Position numbers and translations under genes: made by a program
The notes under the pieces: model-generated
The model's database searches: none
Told to the model about the DNA's origin: nothing
The model's input: only the letters and a program-made list of their open reading frames with translations
Source: an uncultured Hyphomicrobiales bacterium
GTDB taxonomy: Bacteria; Pseudomonadota; Alphaproteobacteria; Rhizobiales; JAJFHR01
Reading direction: 5' to 3'
Assembly: GCA_964549055.1 (NCBI GenBank)
Contig: CAZJUF010000001.1
Location: 6,765-40,076, forward strand
Length of the DNA: 33,312 nucleotides
Part shown: positions 32,411 through 33,312 of the stretch, piece after piece
Position numbering within the stretch: position 1 is the first letter of the stretch
How the letters are laid out: each line of letters begins with the position of its first letter

Positions 32411-33312
32411 TCAAACCCCGACACGACCAAACAAAATATCCTCTATATGCAGGCTTACGGCGGTCGTTTCCATGATCTCGTCGAATGAAATTGGAGCCGG
32501 ATTTCCTTCGGCGATAGCATCACCCAGCAGGCTCAATTGTTCGAAATGCCCCTTGTCCGCAGCCTTCGCCTGCCACAAGACTTCCCCGTTGGAACATCTG
32601 GTAAGCGACTTGAAATCATCGATGATATAGGCTTCGCCATCATAAAAACCTCAATCCGTTCTTTAGGCATCCCCTGCTTCGGTCCAAGGGAAGTATACGT
32701 CAGAGTTCCGACACTACCGTCTTCATAGGTCATGGTAGCGACAAAATTGTCGTTTCTTAAGTAGGCGGATTGCGCCGGATCTATGCTTGAGGCATTGATC
32801 GATTTGACCGGTGCTCTGCTCAAAGACCGAAACAGATCATACATATGGCAGGCTTCACCTATATTACGACCGCCACCCTCGTTGCTCTGTATCCAGTGAT
32901 CGGCCGGAATAAATCCGCCATTTAACCGGTAATTTATAATCACCGGTGACCGCCTGTCCTCCAGAATATCCTGCAGCTTGCGTACCGCCGGGGCAAAACG
33001 ACAGTTGAAGCCGAGCGCACATCGTCCATATCCGTGGCGAGGATTTCAACCCGGCGGGAGCGCGCGAAATTCCCGCCGCGCACCTGATCACGACTGACAA
33101 CGGCCCTGAGAAAATAGCGGTCACTTCGCTTGTCCAATTGCGGGACCAGCATGGCGGTGCCGAAAGCGCCTGCGCCAACTAACGCATAGTTGATGCGGTC
33201 CGGGCGCTTTGCGGCATGCCCGCGCAAGGTGATCTTGTGGGCTCCTGCCGCGTCCTGTTTTGCTTTATCTCCTTCTGAATATTCGAGGAGAACCGCCAGG
33301 GGGGCGTCCTGC
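32411..33312 (-). pseudogene. Disrupted bi-domain / Gfo-Idh-MocA oxidoreductase gene (N-terminus off the right edge)
   Basis: The minus-strand frame is open from the window edge: ...LLEYSEGDKAKQDAAGAHKITLRGHAAKRPDRINYALVGAGAFGTAMLVPQL...ATDMDDV. The EKP-containing part of the Rossmann domain is missing, and the reading continues in another frame as ALGFNCRFAP...VIINYRLNGGFIPADHWIQSNEGGGRNIGEACHMYDLF...KERIEVF. After an A5 run (32645-32649) the sensible continuation YDGEAYIIDDFKSL...KGHFEQLSLLGDAIAEGNPAPISFDEIMETTAVSLHIEDIL is in a third frame, ending at TGA 32413-32411. Confidence 0.65.

Noticed and set aside
1-33312. Looked for tRNA/rRNA genes, CRISPR arrays, IS elements or transposases, integrases, toxin-antitoxin pairs and known defence-system genes
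   Set aside because: I saw no cloverleaf-like or rRNA-like sequence, no regularly spaced direct repeats, no terminal inverted repeats flanking a transposase-like ORF and no recognisable defence or TA proteins in any frame. A computational scan (tRNAscan, Infernal, ISfinder, DefenseFinder) would still be needed to be sure.

Overview
The window is almost entirely a cell-surface glycan locus, followed by a sulfation/transport module. All functional calls come from reading translated motifs by eye; no database search was run.

(1) Positions 1-18958, all on the minus strand, read as one unit of about 19 kb. The order is: MarR-type EPS regulator, NusG/RfaH-like paralog, a ~270-nt leader with an ops-like GCGGTAGC element, then 15 tightly packed genes, several overlapping by ATGA. 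These genes are two AsnB-type amidotransferases, a transglutaminase-like unknown, an SDR epimerase, a 634-aa coiled-coil plus GT-B protein, two DegT aminotransferases and a FemAB-like transferase. They continue with two formyltransferases, two tandem Wzt-type ABC ATPases, one Wzm permease, a WbmS-like deacetylase-fold protein and a WbqC-like protein.

(2) Positions 19112-27709 hold a complete five-enzyme UDP-ManNAc3NAcA-type pathway. The 2-epimerase is on the minus strand; the oxidoreductase, acetyltransferase, aminotransferase and 6-dehydrogenase are on the plus strand. This pathway is interrupted by a phage/GTA-like tail-fibre cassette (DUF2793 fibre with a C1q-like tip, plus an XkdW-like protein) and by a low-GC CgeB-like glycosyltransferase.

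(3) Positions 28105-32165 (minus) encode a sulfotransferase, a 116-aa unknown, a Crp/Fnr regulator and a DASS-family anion symporter, closed by a bidirectional terminator.

(4) There are two decayed genes: an isochorismatase-like stub at 27904-28098 and a bi-domain/Gfo-Idh-MocA oxidoreductase pseudogene at 32411-33312.

I recognised no rRNA, tRNA, CRISPR, IS/transposase or integrase. The window also lacks an initiating phosphoglycosyltransferase, Wzx/Wzy, a ligase and any outer-membrane export component. The gene content (DUF2793, EPS-type MarR) hints at an alphaproteobacterium, but that is only a guess.
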